DNA of 35,098 bases from Octopus bimaculoides (GCF_001194135.2 NC_068982.1:103646610-103681707); one strand, 5' to 3'. Shown: positions 22,263 to 34,418, counted from the stretch's first letter. Program-made: numbers and translations. The notes: a model not told the origin generated them from the letters alone.

Positions 22263-23062
22263 TCATATTGATATTATCGAAAGGAATATGATTCATAATT
22301 CAAATAAGGAAATTTTTGAACTTTGAATGTATAAGAATATAAACAAGTGTAAAATAGTATAAACAACTAAAATAAAAGTATATCTAAATAACATTTGTTC
22401 TTAACACTTTTTATGTAGTGGTTGCAGGAAGCTCTGGCTTTCGTTAGGAGTGGTCCACATAACCATTCATGATACAGAAGCTGGGAGCCTATTTCTGTTC
22501 GGGTGTGAATCGTCATCACATGTCATTTTGTCGCAAACACATGTCATATATCTGCAATTGAATGCTGTATCACCAACAATAATGTAATTTCTCTAAGACA
22601 TCACCCAGTAATCTATCGAGTCCATTGACACATTTCTCAATACATACCGCTAGTATGACGGCCGGAAGTTGGTACTAAACCGGATATGCTGACAAGAGCG
22701 ATGAAGTATAACGCAAATATTATTAATATTTATCACTGAACTATATTCATCTTTCTGACACTGATTTAATACTACCCCTGTCAGCTGCTTCATAAATACA
22801 TGTTTACCTACTTGTAAGTAAAAGGTAAGACTTCATTTCATCTAAACTCTATCAAGACCGCAGACAAAAGTTATATGCAAATAAGTGAAAATTCTGTTCT
22901 CCTTAACTCTCTCTCTTGCTCCGTTTCCTCACCCCCTCTCTCTCTCTGAATCACATAGATATAAACAGACGAGCGCACGTAATCGCATAGTATATATATC
23001 AGACATATATTCTGAAAATATTATAAGTCAAACATACATAATTTTATGTGTATCACATAAGG

Positions 23063-23475
23063 CAGTAAGCTAGCAGAATCGTTAGCACACCGGGCAAAAC
23101 GCTTAGCGGTATTTCGCTCGTCTTTATGATCTGAGTTCAAATTTTGTTTTGCCTTTCATCCTTTCGAGGTTGATAAAATAAGTACCAGATGGGCACTGGG
23201 GTCACCCTCCGAAATTGTAGGGTTTGTGCTGAAATTTGAAACCAGTATTAACTGAATCACATAAAGCAGTGAGCTGGCAGAATCGTTTGCACACCGGACA
23301 AAATACTTAGTGGTATTTCGTTCGGCTTTACGTTCTCACTTCAAATTCCACCAAGGTACTTTGCCTTGCATCCTTTCGGGGGTAGATAAAATAAGTATCA
23401 GTTGAACATTGGGATCGATGTAATCGATTTAAGCTCATCCCCTCAAAATTACTTGTGCCAAAATTTGAAACCAAT
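23063..23475 (+). mobile_element. Two head-to-tail SINE family A copies (about 23063-23250 and 23265-23475)
   Basis: Both carry GCTGGCAGAATCGTT...TTCAAATT...TCCTTTCG.GG..GATAAAATAAGTA. Flanks share an ATCACATAA-like motif. Confidence 0.85.
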
Positions 23476-24201
23476 ATTATGTGAATCATATTTGCAATGA
23501 ATCACAACATATTAAGTTTAAAATACAAATAAATAAACATCCGAATTGGAGCAAAGCAAATGAGCTGATAAAATTAAATCAACATGAAATCAACTACTTA
23601 CAAGGTTGTAGGTGTGTGTGTGTTTTATTTTTCAGCAAGCAGAAGCAAATTGGATTCGACAAAAAAAAAAAAAAAAAAAAAAAATCAGCATTTGGACAGC
23701 GTAACGGAGAGTGCCTTCAAGTGCAGTCGCTGCAGCAGTGAGCTGTTACTCCCGTGAGAACCTCTACATTCAAAGCAGGCGTTGCTCTGCCAACAAAACC
23801 GAAGCAAGACTTTCCTGATACTGCGTTATGGTCTCACGGGACTGACTAGACTCATGGATACACACACACACACACACACACACATGAATGATAGTTTGAT
23901 GTGATGTGTGTATACGTGTGCGCGAGTGTGTGCACGTGTCATAGATTCATTTTTAAAAACTATAGGCAGTGTCACACTGATGTGCTTGAATATGTGAATG
24001 GAGCTAAACGTCATAAAACTCACCTATATAAATTGTTACTGCAACAGTACGCTGTGGAACTAAACTCATCTCTCGTGGTTCCGAACTGCGCTTCTTAACC
24101 ATTCAGCCATGTTGCTCTCCCACACACATACAAGCATGTGAGTATGTGTTGATATAAGTGCAGTCAGGTAATTTATTCTTCTCTTCAAATCGTTCCTTCA
24201 G

Positions 24202-24240
24202 AGATGCGGAAGAAGAATATTGGTATCAAAGATCAGATCT
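24202..24240 (+). CDS. Candidate 39-bp internal exon of an unidentified host gene
   Basis: Long pyrimidine tract TTATTCTTCTCTTCAAATCGTTCCTTCAG and donor |GTAAGT. All three frames are open (DAEEEYWYQRSDL, RCGRRILVSKIRS, MRKKNIGIKDQI). Confidence 0.4.
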
Positions 24241-24617
24241 GTAAGTATTCCTTATCTCCAAGTGTCAACAGTTCTAATGTCTGTCAGTGACGTATGCTTG
24301 TGTCAGGCAGTTCTGCCACTTCTCGAACTACGTTCCGACCGACCAGAGTTAAATGAGATAAGAAATAACGTATGCTAGTTAGTGCGGTGATGGCCTTCCT
24401 TAACTCTTATCTTCTGCGCAGATTAGAACTTCAAGTGAACAATACAGATTTAAGGAGTTCAAATTACACCAATATTGACTTTACTGTTCGTCAATCTAGG
24501 TCGTTGAAAATAAGGTTGAATCGACTGAAATCTTTCCCAATCGAACAGATTCGACATTAAAAAAAAACAAAAAACTATGAATTTATTAATAATTTTATAA
24601 GTAATTCAAAATTTTGT

Positions 24618-24815
24618 GAAGGCGAGTGACTTAGTGATTAAGGTAATCAACTCACGGTTGTAAGGTCACGAGTTCGATTCGCGGTGGCACGTTGTATTCT
24701 TGAGCAAGACACTTTATTTCACTTTGCTCCAGTCCACTCAGCTGGCAAAAAGGAGTTGTACCTGTAATTCAAAGGGCCGACCTTAGTACATTCTGTGTCA
24801 TGCCGAATCTCCCTG
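24618..24815 (+). mobile_element. SINE family C-related 5' portion
   Basis: GAAGGCGAGTGACTTAGTGATTAAGG...GAGTTCGATTCGC...TTCTTGAGCAAGACACTTTATTTCAC. Confidence 0.8.
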
Positions 24816-24892
24816 AGACCAACACCTTGGTCATGAGTTTTCTACAATAGCCCCGAGTTAATGAATTCATTATGAATGAATATGGGACGGAA

Positions 24893-25140
24893 ATTGTGGA
24901 AGCCTGTCGTGTATGTATGTATGTATATATTTATGTATGTGTCTCGTTTTTGTCTTTGTTCCTCTCTCCCTCAGCTTGACAACCGATGTTCATTTGTTTA
25001 CGTTCCCGCAACTTAGCGGTTCAGCACAAAAGCGAGTAGAATAAGTACCAAACTTATATGCTGGTGTTGATTTTTCGACAATACCCTTCAAGGCAGTGCC
25101 ACAACATGACCCCAGTCCAATGAATGAAACTAATAAAATA
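24893..25140 (+). mobile_element. SINE family B, partial (end of head, microsatellite, body)
   Basis: GGAAATTGTGGAAGCCTGTCGTGTATG...CTTGACAACCGATG...AACTTAGCGGTTC...TAGAATAAGTACC. Confidence 0.8.
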
Positions 25141-25269
25141 TAAGGACAGAGTATACATTATTAATGGAATGACTTACTAGATGTTCTAGTGAGAAAAGAG
25201 TTTATTGTTGCTCATGTCTGCTTTTAAATGATAAAATGTATGCAATACTTACAGTTATAAGGATTTGCC

Positions 25270-25648
25270 TTGTTGTTGTTGTCACTCCGTCGCTTACGAT
25301 GTCGAGGGTTCCAGTTGATCCGATCAACGGAACAGCCTGCTCGTGAAATTAACGTGTAAGTGGCTGAGTACTCCACAGACACGTGTACCCTTAATGTAGT
25401 TCTCGGGGATATTCAGCGTGACAAGGCTGGCCCTTTGAAATACGGGTTCAACAGAAACAGGAAGAAAGAGTGAGAGAAAGTTGTGGTGAAAGAGTACAGC
25501 AGGGTTCGCCACCATCCCCTGCCGGAGCCTCGTGGAGCTTTAGGTGTTTTCGCTCAATAAACACTCAGAACGCCCGGTCTGGGAATCGAAACCGCAATCC
25601 TATGACCGCGAGTCCGCTGCCCTAACCACTGGGCCATTGCGCCTCCAC
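25270..25648 (-). mobile_element. Full-length SINE family D
   Basis: Close match to 8586-8977 (about 23 substitutions plus 2 indels by hand count). Perfect 13-bp TSD ATAAGGATTTGCC at 25257-25269 and 25649-25661. Confidence 0.93.
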
Positions 25649-26031
25649 ATAAGGATTTGCCACATAGACATAAAACAATGAAAAATTATAGATACGATAA
25701 AATCACTTGCAAGCTGTAATATCTCGAGAAAATTAGAGAGAATATTTCGGTAAAGCAAAAATTGAGAATATGTTGCGTGATCAAACAAGACTTCGTGACA
25801 ATCAACATAATCAGCTTGTTAAAAGAAACGGAGAAACCATGAAACTTTATATCGTTATAATATGTTACTTCGCGAAAAGAGAGCAAGACTTTTGAGGTCA
25901 GGATGAGACCACTAACTAGTTCAGTGAACATAGGTAACTATGTTGAATGTATTTATTTGATAAGCAAATAATAGCCAGGAGGTTTCTTTGACATTGTTAA
26001 AGTTTTCTGTGGACTCTTAGAATTAGTTATT

Positions 26032-26256
26032 CATTATCCCTCGACTATCGCGGGTGTTATGTTCCATCCCCAGCCGCGATTGGTGAAAATCTGCGAAGTA
26101 GAAACAGTACTGTACTGTATATATTTTTTAAAATTATTTTTATAATTTGTGTATATTTATTTTATTATAAATGCAAAAACAACACCACAGAGGAATCGAC
26201 GTAAGCTTAAATAATAAACCGCGATAGGTAAACCGCAATATGGCAAGGGATTACTG
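26032..26256 (+). mobile_element. Tigger/pogo-like MITE (second family), about 225 bp
   Basis: Ends CATTATCCCTCGACTATCGCGG and CCGCAATATGGCAAGGGATTACTG|TA are imperfect inverted repeats. Confidence 0.75.
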
Positions 26257-27174
26257 TATATATAATTTAACTTAACAGTTCGACAAAGAAAATCGTTAAA
26301 TTAAGTACCAAAATGAAATAAGTATCGGAGTTGATATGGTTCAATAGACTCCTGAAGACGCTGATCCAATAAAGCCGTAGTTCATAAGCAGAAATCATAT
26401 ATAGAGTATCCGGTACACGAATAACCAGAACTCTCAGGTAACCGGCAACCAGAAAAAAAAAGAAAGAAAGAAAAGGAAATGTGTTGTTAAGTAGAGTCAA
26501 GGTAATTTGTACTAATTTGTGTTAACTATTTGCCATAAAAAAAAGAAGTTTCTAGTCTATCTAAAATGGATTATTGCTTCTAATTTTACTGCATTTTCCG
26601 AACCTGTATTTTATTAGGCCAATAAAACTTGTTCTGTACTTATATTACATTTCCATTTCTTCCTATTTCTTTCATTTATAGTATATTCAGAATATTAATG
26701 ATAACACTGATGTACATATAGAGTTTTAGTTAGTTTTGAAGCTGATATAGTAATTTAAAAAATGATAAACAACTATCCGGAAATTTCACTTATCCGGCAA
26801 CCCTCCGGTTCCAGTGGTATCAGATATGCCTGCCGTATGAACTGATGTATATTTTTGTTATTGTACATTATTTCTTCTTACACTTTTCTATTCTTTTTTT
26901 TCTCTTTGTCTTCCGTTCTTTCTTTTCCTTTGCTGCTATTTCGATTTATATTCCTACACTTTCCAAGCGTGTGCTTTCACCTGTCTGACTGAATGTGGTA
27001 TATGTTGCTTACTTCTTCTTTGGTTCAAAGTTTGCTTGTATTATCTATGTGGTATTTTATACACGTATATGTTTATATGTATATGTGTGTATATGTATGC
27101 AAATATGTGTATATGTATTTACATGTGTATGTGTGCATATATATATATATATATTTAAAGTATATGTATGTTTA

Positions 27175-28023
27175 TAGTAGTAGTAGGCATCCGTCGGTCT
27201 CGAGAGGCCAAGGATCTGTGCTCGAAGAAACCGTGTCTACTGCTGATGATGGTACAGCGTCTGTTTTGGCTGTACAGGCCCACTCGGGTGTGGCAGTCCC
27301 GCATACAGCAGCTGCATTGGAAGGAGCTCTCTGCCGGCGCTACTGGTTCTTCCTTCCGTCGGGTGCGCTTTCTTTAGTGGCGAGTTCCTGTTTTTCTTCC
27401 GCTCGCTTCATCCCCTTTCGCAGTATTTTCCTCCAGTGTGGGCGATCGTTTGCGACCTCCTCCCACTCTAGGACGTCCAGATCAAGCGACTTCATACCCC
27501 TCTTACAAATGTCCTTGAAACGAAAATGAGGTCGTCCTCCTGCTCTTGTGCCGGTGGCCAATTCCCTGTACAAGAGGTCTTTTGGGATCCTCCCGTCCGG
27601 CATGCGATGCACATGACCGAGCCAGCGCAGACGACGCTGCTGGAGCAGAATGAGTATGCTGGTTATCTTGGCGCGGTTGAAGACTTCGGTGTTGTTGTGG
27701 TCGGTCCACTTGATATCCCAGATGCGTCTCAAATTACAAAGGTTGAAGGCGTTGAGACACCGCTCCTGTCTGGAGTAGAGGGTCCACGTTTCACTGCCGT
27801 AAAGTAGCGTACTAAAAACACACACCTAATAGACAACAGTATTGGTGTTTGTATCCAGTTTTCTCTTTTCCCAGACTCTCTTTGTGAGCCTGGAAAATGT
27901 CGAGGATGCTTGTCCAATTTGCCTGTTGATCTCAGGGTTCAGAGAGTGGTCATCAACGATGGTAGAGCTGAGGTAGGTGAATTCATGGACTTCTTCCTGT
28001 TAGTAGTTGTTGATGGTGATGGT
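27175..28023 (-). mobile_element. 5'-truncated RTE-clade (BovB-like) LINE: post-RT C-terminus, 3' UTR and (CTA)n tail
   Basis: Single frame from about 28020: ITINNY*QEEVHEFTYLSSTI...EINRQIGQASSTFSRLTKRVW...VY*VCVFSTLLYGSETW...QRRLRWLGHVHRMPDGRIPKDLLYREL...GGRPHFRFKD (ORF 27340-27825). These are hallmark RTE motifs. The tail is TAGTAGTAGTAG on the + strand at 27175-27186. Confidence 0.93.
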
Positions 28024-28075
28024 GTGTGCGTGTATGTGTGTGTGTGTGTGGGGGGGCTCGGTACCATGGCTCAGT

Positions 28076-28230
28076 ACATTCTTTTTTACTCTAGGCACAA
28101 GGCCCGAAATTTTGGGGGAAGGGGACCAGTCGATTAGATCGACCCCAGTACGCAACTGGTGCCTAATTTATCGATCCCGAAATGATGAAAAGCAAAGTCG
28201 ACCTCGGCGGAATTTGAACTCAGAACGTAA
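28076..28230 (-). mobile_element. SINE family A, 5'-truncated
   Basis: Nearly identical in layout to 8277-8430. Confidence 0.85.
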
Positions 28231-28317
28231 ATCTTTTTCAGATTGATAATCAGGCTGAATTCCTGAGAGGCTTTTGAAAGTTTGTCCACGAGGTGCTGCA
28301 TTTGCTCCTCAGAGTGC

Positions 28318-28533
28318 TATATATGTATGTATAGGTATGTATTTATATACATATATATATATACATATATATGCGCATATATGTGTGTGTGCATATATAT
28401 ATGTGTGCATATATATATATATATATGTATTTATATGTGTGTGTATATGTATGTATATGTGTGTATATGTATGTATGTGTGCGTATATGTATAAAGATGT
28501 ATGTATGTGTATATGTATATATGTATGCGTGTT

Positions 28534-28567
<34 letters not shown>

Positions 28568-28700
28568 CGTTTATATATATATGTGTGTGTGCCTGAGCGC
28601 ATCTATATATATTTGTGCGTGTCTGCGAGTTAATTTGTGTGTGTGTGTGTGTGTGCATGCGTGCGTGTGTGAGTTTGTGTGCCCGCATACATGTGTGTAC
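28318..28700. repeat. Compound (TA)/(TG)/(TATG) microsatellite field
   Basis: Visible. Source of ORFs between 28274 and 28736. A similar field lies at 27050-27170. Confidence 0.93.
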
Positions 28701-30169
28701 GCAGACACTTCTGTATTCTTTCAGTCTGCGTTTTGAGGATAGAACTCTGATGTAGTTGTCAATATGTCATATGTCTTTGCTTACTCTCAATGACTATGCG
28801 ACTCTTTTCAAATAAAGAATAATTTATTACAGATCTAGATGAATCAAAGTTGGCTCTCTTGTCTCTCGTCTTATAGTATGTTGATGTATAAACGCCAATT
28901 TTTCTAATGATACCAAATAGATAATATTTTATCCTTCTTGAAGTAAATGAAATATATGTATAAATTACGCTGTTGCATATTGTAGCTTGTCTTGAAAAGA
29001 GGTTTCTCTGAAATGAAGCAAGATTAACACAGGTCACCCATGAGAAACGAAAACAAGTGAAGCAGTGAACAACCTTTATTTTAGTCACATGAGTGCTCTT
29101 CTCGGATTTGTGAAGTCAGCCGTTCAATATACTAACAGGAAATATTGTAGCACAGACGGAGCGGAATTAAGACACATTTGTCGAAATATTAGCTTGTTGA
29201 AAGGAATTAGAGGGAAATTAATTCTGCTAGCATGGAATTTTCGTTTATAACAGTTTACGATTCACTTTGCATTTTTTTTAAATGCAGGAAGAAAAGTTTT
29301 AATTCTATATTATTTATTATCTGTTATTTTCTTCTGCCTACGTTGTAGTACATAAGCTCAGATTACACACCCAAGGACAAGAACATAAACAAAACAAACA
29401 TATACGCACAGAGACATACACACAAACACATACACACAGATTATAAGAACCTGAACGATATTTTTCCTGACGTTTTTTTTTTTTTTCATTTTTTTGGTCA
29501 GGCTAAATCAAGTCGATTTAGGATCAAAGATATAGTATCATACTAGCTGTGACCATTCCCTCCTCTTTTATTCTGGACAGTGCATCTAGATCAACTTCAT
29601 CTAATGCGTCCGCTCGTTTTAAAATAAGGTAGGATGTAAGCTGAGGGAGATTTGGCTGCTATTTCCAACACATTAGGCTACCACGTAAGGGTTATTTTGT
29701 CGATTTGTTTATATTTTCATTTTTTTGTTGTTGTTGTTGTCATTTTGATGAAACGAGCGCAAGTAAAGAGTTGCTGAAATAAATACTTTTGATAAATCAA
29801 TAATGTAACAATAATCTACTCAGTTGAATGATTCGACTACATCTTCATATATCTCTCCTCCCTTACCAGACTGTGAATTAAGTTAAGATAATCATGAAAG
29901 ATGTTTTTCTCTTAATTTACTATTATGTAATTAGAAGAAAAAACCCACACTGAATTTGATACACTCGAAATGCTTTCCTGGTATATCTAGGACTACATTA
30001 TCCACTGTGTCCTTTCTCTTCTAAAATTATAGGGATGTGATTTAAGGACGATGGCTACTAATTTTAGCAAGCCGAACGATCATGAAGAGACATCGCATCG
30101 GATCCTTTTAACTTTTTATATTGTTGGAACGCTCATTAATCTCAAAGACAATATTTGATTAGCCTTAGA

Positions 30170-30965
30170 GGTATAAAAGCGAAGTTAACCTCGGCGGGAT
30201 TGGAACTTAGACCGTAAAGATGTGCAACTAAATAATTCCAGAAGGCAATTTACTGCTACCCAGGCTGTTCTACTAGTTACTATCTTAAAACCACTAACAC
30301 TACCACCCTAACAATAATAATTGTTTCCAAGTTAGGCTCCAGGCTGGCAGTTTTAAGGGGAGAGGATAAGTCGACGTCATCGATTCCCAGTACTGGAGTT
30401 TATCGTCCCAAGAGAATTTAAGATAAAATTGACCTCAGCGGGATTTGAACTCAGAATCAAATACCGTAAAGTATTTCGTCCAATGTGCTAACTATTCTGC
30501 CATTCTACTACCTTTATACAGCTACAATAATAATTGTTGCTTATATCAGTAGAAGGCCAAAAGTTTGAGGGCAAGGGATTAGTTGATCATATTGACGAGA
30601 GTACTTAGCTGGTGTTTTATTTAATCGAACTCAGAATAATGAAAGGCAAAATTGACCTCAGCAAAATTTGAACCCAAAATATAGAGCCAGAAGGTAAAAT
30701 TTCCCAACCGGCCAGATCGCTGTCTTATGTACATATAAATATAGTTATATAGTAAAATGCATAGACAGAAATTTGAGAGGAGGGGATCAGTTGGTTATAT
30801 TGATTTCAGTACATTACCGGTGTTTTGTTTTATTAATCCCGAAATCATGTAAAGTAAAGTTGACTTCATCGGGATTTGAACTCATAATGTAAAAAAAAAA
30901 AAAAGCAGAACAAATACTGCAAATCATTTCGTCCGACACTCTAATGATTATTCTAACCCACCACC
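30170..30965 (-). mobile_element. Cluster of four diverged family A SINE copies or fragments, all on the minus strand
   Basis: Repeated AAAGT..A.CTC.GCGGGATTTGAACTCAGAA motif near 30180, 30425, 30650 and 30860. Confidence 0.75.
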
Positions 30966-31793
30966 CTTACTGAATAGCTGACAACATACATATTTTTTAC
31001 CGCCTTTTGTGCATTAAATGAAAGCGATGTAGATTCAGGATTCTAAATTAGAAATCTATGTTGGCTTCTGATGTTAAATCATAAATAATTCTCTTGTACG
31101 TTTATAAGTGCAGAACCGTCACAGGCAAGTGGCTGATAATTAATTATATAAAAAATAAAAAAAATAGACAGAATCAAACAGCGAACTAACTTGTTGAAAC
31201 TAGTCAAATGAAACTCACTGGACTGTACATCCATAATCATCCATCTAAATACTAGCCTGGCTTGAAAATGCTTAATTTTGGTGATTTGACATAAAGAAGT
31301 GATTTTAGTGCCTATTGGTTTATAATTTTATTACTTTCTGGTTTGCATTAGTTATGACTTATTGGCAATACATTATTTTTCTCTGCATCAAATATATCTA
31401 TCCCATAGATCGAGATAATGTAGTTGTAAGTTATATAGATATTCCACGCCACAACGACTTCACCCGTAGTCTACGTAAGATCGATTATATGTGGTAGATC
31501 TATTCTTTGTTTCGTTGGCGATTGTCTCTGCCAGGCTCACGGAGTGTGTATGCTTGCGTGTACATGTGTGTACGCGCGGTGAAGTGATTATGCGTCTAAT
31601 GATAAACATATGAATGTAATGTGTCAGTTCTTTCAATTAAATACACTCTAAAACAATTTTATTACAAAATTGATATAATGTATCTACTTTATAAACTGCA
31701 TTTTGTTGTTGTTTAGTCTCAAGTTATCGTTAAACAAGCAGATCTATGATCAAATTCATTCAATTTGGAGCCATTCCGTGTTCTTTTTTTCAG

Positions 31794-31851
31794 ACAGTGT
31801 ATGTTCGACTATATAATCAATTATGTCCTGCTATGTTTTAAAACTGAATGG
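31794..31851 (+). CDS. Candidate 58-bp exon
   Basis: Acceptor GTGTTCTTTTTTTCAG and donor TGG|GTATGA. Open frame QCMFDYIINYVLLCFKTEW is phase-compatible with the DAEEEY frame of 24202-24240. Confidence 0.25.
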
Positions 31852-32084
31852 GTATGATATGAGGATGATTCGATCGTTATTTCTAGCAGGTGGAAGCTCC
31901 CTAGTCATGTCTGGTGGATATTGTCTGTGTGCCTATGACATAGGGCAACAAAAGAATCGAGATGCCAAGAATCTAAGCGGTAGATTCAATTTATACATTG
32001 CTTTCATTTATTTTGTTCATTGGACGAAAAAATTATGTTTATTTTTATTTTGTTCATTTTCATTTTCGATTTTGAATATTTGGA

Positions 32085-33950
32085 TAGGGTTTTTTTAAAA
32101 AGAGTAGGGAATTTGCCCTCCTGGCGGGAATTTTAAGGCTTAGGTGGGGGTAGTGAGACTATTAGTCAACAAAATGCAACGTCCTGTTGATTATGTATAA
32201 TCTGTATTTGTTTTTAATTTAATCTGTGGCAATCAATAAACTCTATTGCACAATGTCTATTGAATCTCACATCCAGCATAGTTTCAATAAGGTTTATTGG
32301 TTTATTTAATAAGGTTTATTGAATGTCACATATTAAATTATAAATAATGATAAATATCCACTATTTTTTATTTGAGGAAATATTCCATTTATAATCATCT
32401 TTAATTTATTCTTGTTTTTATTCCCATATTTTTTTTTATCCTATCATGGGTGTCGACAAAAAACAGAAGGCATGATGATTCATATACTGAATATAAATTT
32501 ATATCCACCATCACTAAAGGAGAAGAAAGGGCTTAATGTGCTATTTGAGGCAAAGCTTTGTCAATAATACTATGAACCCATCAAAGTTGAAGCAATATTT
32601 AAAGAAAGTTTATCATCAACATTAAACTAGTATAAAAGTTTTCTTGAATATCATGGGAATACTTTCAAATTACTGAAGCATGACTCAAGGAGTTTTCCAA
32701 CAAATAAATAAAAAAAAATTATTGAAGCTTCTTATGTCATTATACCAGAGGCAGAGAAAAGAAAACCGTATACAATGAGAGACTTTGATCAAGCCTTGCG
32801 CTCTCGAAATGATAGAAAAATTATATTGGAAAATCGATTGAAGAAAAACTTTCTGCGGTTTCATTATGAAACAGCACGATTCAAAGAAGGATCAGTGATA
32901 TAGCTGTTAACATCAAGGATCAAGTTGTGAAGGAGATCAGCGTTTGCAACATTGACTTATTTCCAATTTAGCTTAATAGACTGGATGGTGGGGTTTGCAA
33001 GATATGTTGACTCAGCTTCATTTAAAGAAGAGTTTCTTTCTTGTTTTCATCTTGAAATAGCTAACATGGTTCAAATACTTCTTGAAAGGCTAAATGTTTC
33101 ATGAGATAAAACATCTTTTGTGAGTGCTGTACAGCTGGAGCATCAGTTACGTTGGGAACAAAATTCAGATTTCAAGTAAAAATGCCATCTCCAGAAATAA
33201 ATGACATTCATTGTAGAATCCATCGTCAGACACTTACATCAAAAATATTTCCAGCTCTATTGGATCAATTCATGTTTTGAATGTTGTCAAAGAAAGAGTT
33301 TGGGGCTCCTGGCATTTTAAGCAGTTGATATGGTCAGAGTCTATAACTTTTCTTTCCCACACAAACGTCAGGTAACTTTAAAGAAGAAATGTAACCGAAC
33401 GAGTAACTGAGCTTAAATTACTTTTCTGAAGTTCAAGATAGGGTCGTTTTTTTTCCTGGCGCAATAATAAGGAATGGATCATGCACCTTGTTTGTTTGGT
33501 AAATATTTTTGAGCACCTAAGTAACTTGAATCTTCAGATGTAAGGAATTAATACAAACAATAAAATGAATTGATGCTTTGAAAGCTTTCAAGAACAAACT
33601 GAACAAGTGGAAAAAGAAACGTCACCAATTTTTGCTGCTCGCAAGGAAAATCTAGGAGCTTCCAAAATTTGCAAAAAACGACATTCTTTAACGTTTGACA
33701 TAACGAGAAAATGAACTCAACTGACGTTTTCTTGAATTCAATGATGAGGAGTTGGATTATCTCTTGAAAATGTTCCTTACGCTCATTGAGATGGATTTTT
33801 GGGTGTACAGTAAAAGTGGTCAGTGACTCGGAATTGATCTTAGTGGTTGATTATGCGTGTACTCTTAGAGACGAAGGTAAAAGTATGAAATTGAGAAAGA
33901 GAGCGTTTAAAATTACCGGGGACTTTTGACCAAGAGGTTAAGAAAGTATT
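32085..33950 (+). mobile_element. Decayed hAT transposon (Buster/Charlie; ZBED8/FAM200-like transposase at about 32446-33870)
   Basis: Frameshifted motifs RRHDDSYTEYKF...NTMNPSKLK, EASY, TLIKPCALEM, STIQRRISDIAVNIKDQVV, FARYVDSASFKEEFLSC, HCRIHRQTL and NIFEHLSNLNLQM, matching Buster-type transposases. Degenerate ends TAGGGTTTTT.. and GGTTAAGAAAGTATT. Confidence 0.85.
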
Positions 33951-34418
33951 TATGAATTTGTTCTAGGAAAAGACTAATAAACAACTTGAACATATTTAAA
34001 TGCACCTAAATAATTTTAATGCGAGCTCACTATATGTGTGTGTGTGTGCGCTCCTGCGCGCGCATAGCCGTGACATATCAGCAAATAGTTCTTACACTAT
34101 TTATATATAGTCATGGTCTGGCGATTCGATTCGTTCCAGGTTCAATTCAAGTAGGTGATGTTGATAAGCCACCAAAATGGTGAAATATCGGTATCCATCA
34201 CTCCTGAATTCGATGGGAGGCGAGTTATCTCGCCTGTCTATGACTTTCAGGTTTACAACACTATCGCTGTTTTTNNNNNNNNNNNNNNNNNNNNNNNNNN
34301 NNNNNNNNNNNNNNNNNNNNNNNNNNNNNNNNNNNNNNNNNNNNNNNNNNNNNNNNNNNNNNNNNNNNNNNNNNNNNNNNNNNNNNNNNNNNNNNNNNNN
34401 NNNNNNNNNNNNNNNNNN

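Noticed and set aside
26993-27807. Plus-strand ORFs of 178 aa and 93 aa
   Set aside because: They are antisense shadows of the GC-rich RTE fragment plus microsatellite.
5684-28736. Many ORFs rich in VC, HT, YI or IY dipeptides (e.g. 5684-5875, 7412-8165, 9709-9894, 15759-16105, 28274-28736)
   Set aside because: They are translations of (CA)n, (TA)n and (TG)n microsatellites or run through N-gaps.
29859-29875. 4-bp minus-strand microexon-like motif (CACAG|TCTG|GTAAGG)
   Set aside because: Too short to distinguish from chance, and not frame-preserving.
34190-34270. Minus-strand VVNLKVIDRRDNSP resembling the cadherin DxNDNxP linker, tempting given the octopus protocadherin expansion
   Set aside because: The key Asn is replaced, no LDRE, DxD or PxF motifs follow, the frame stops shortly after, and upstream is a gap. 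Most likely chance.
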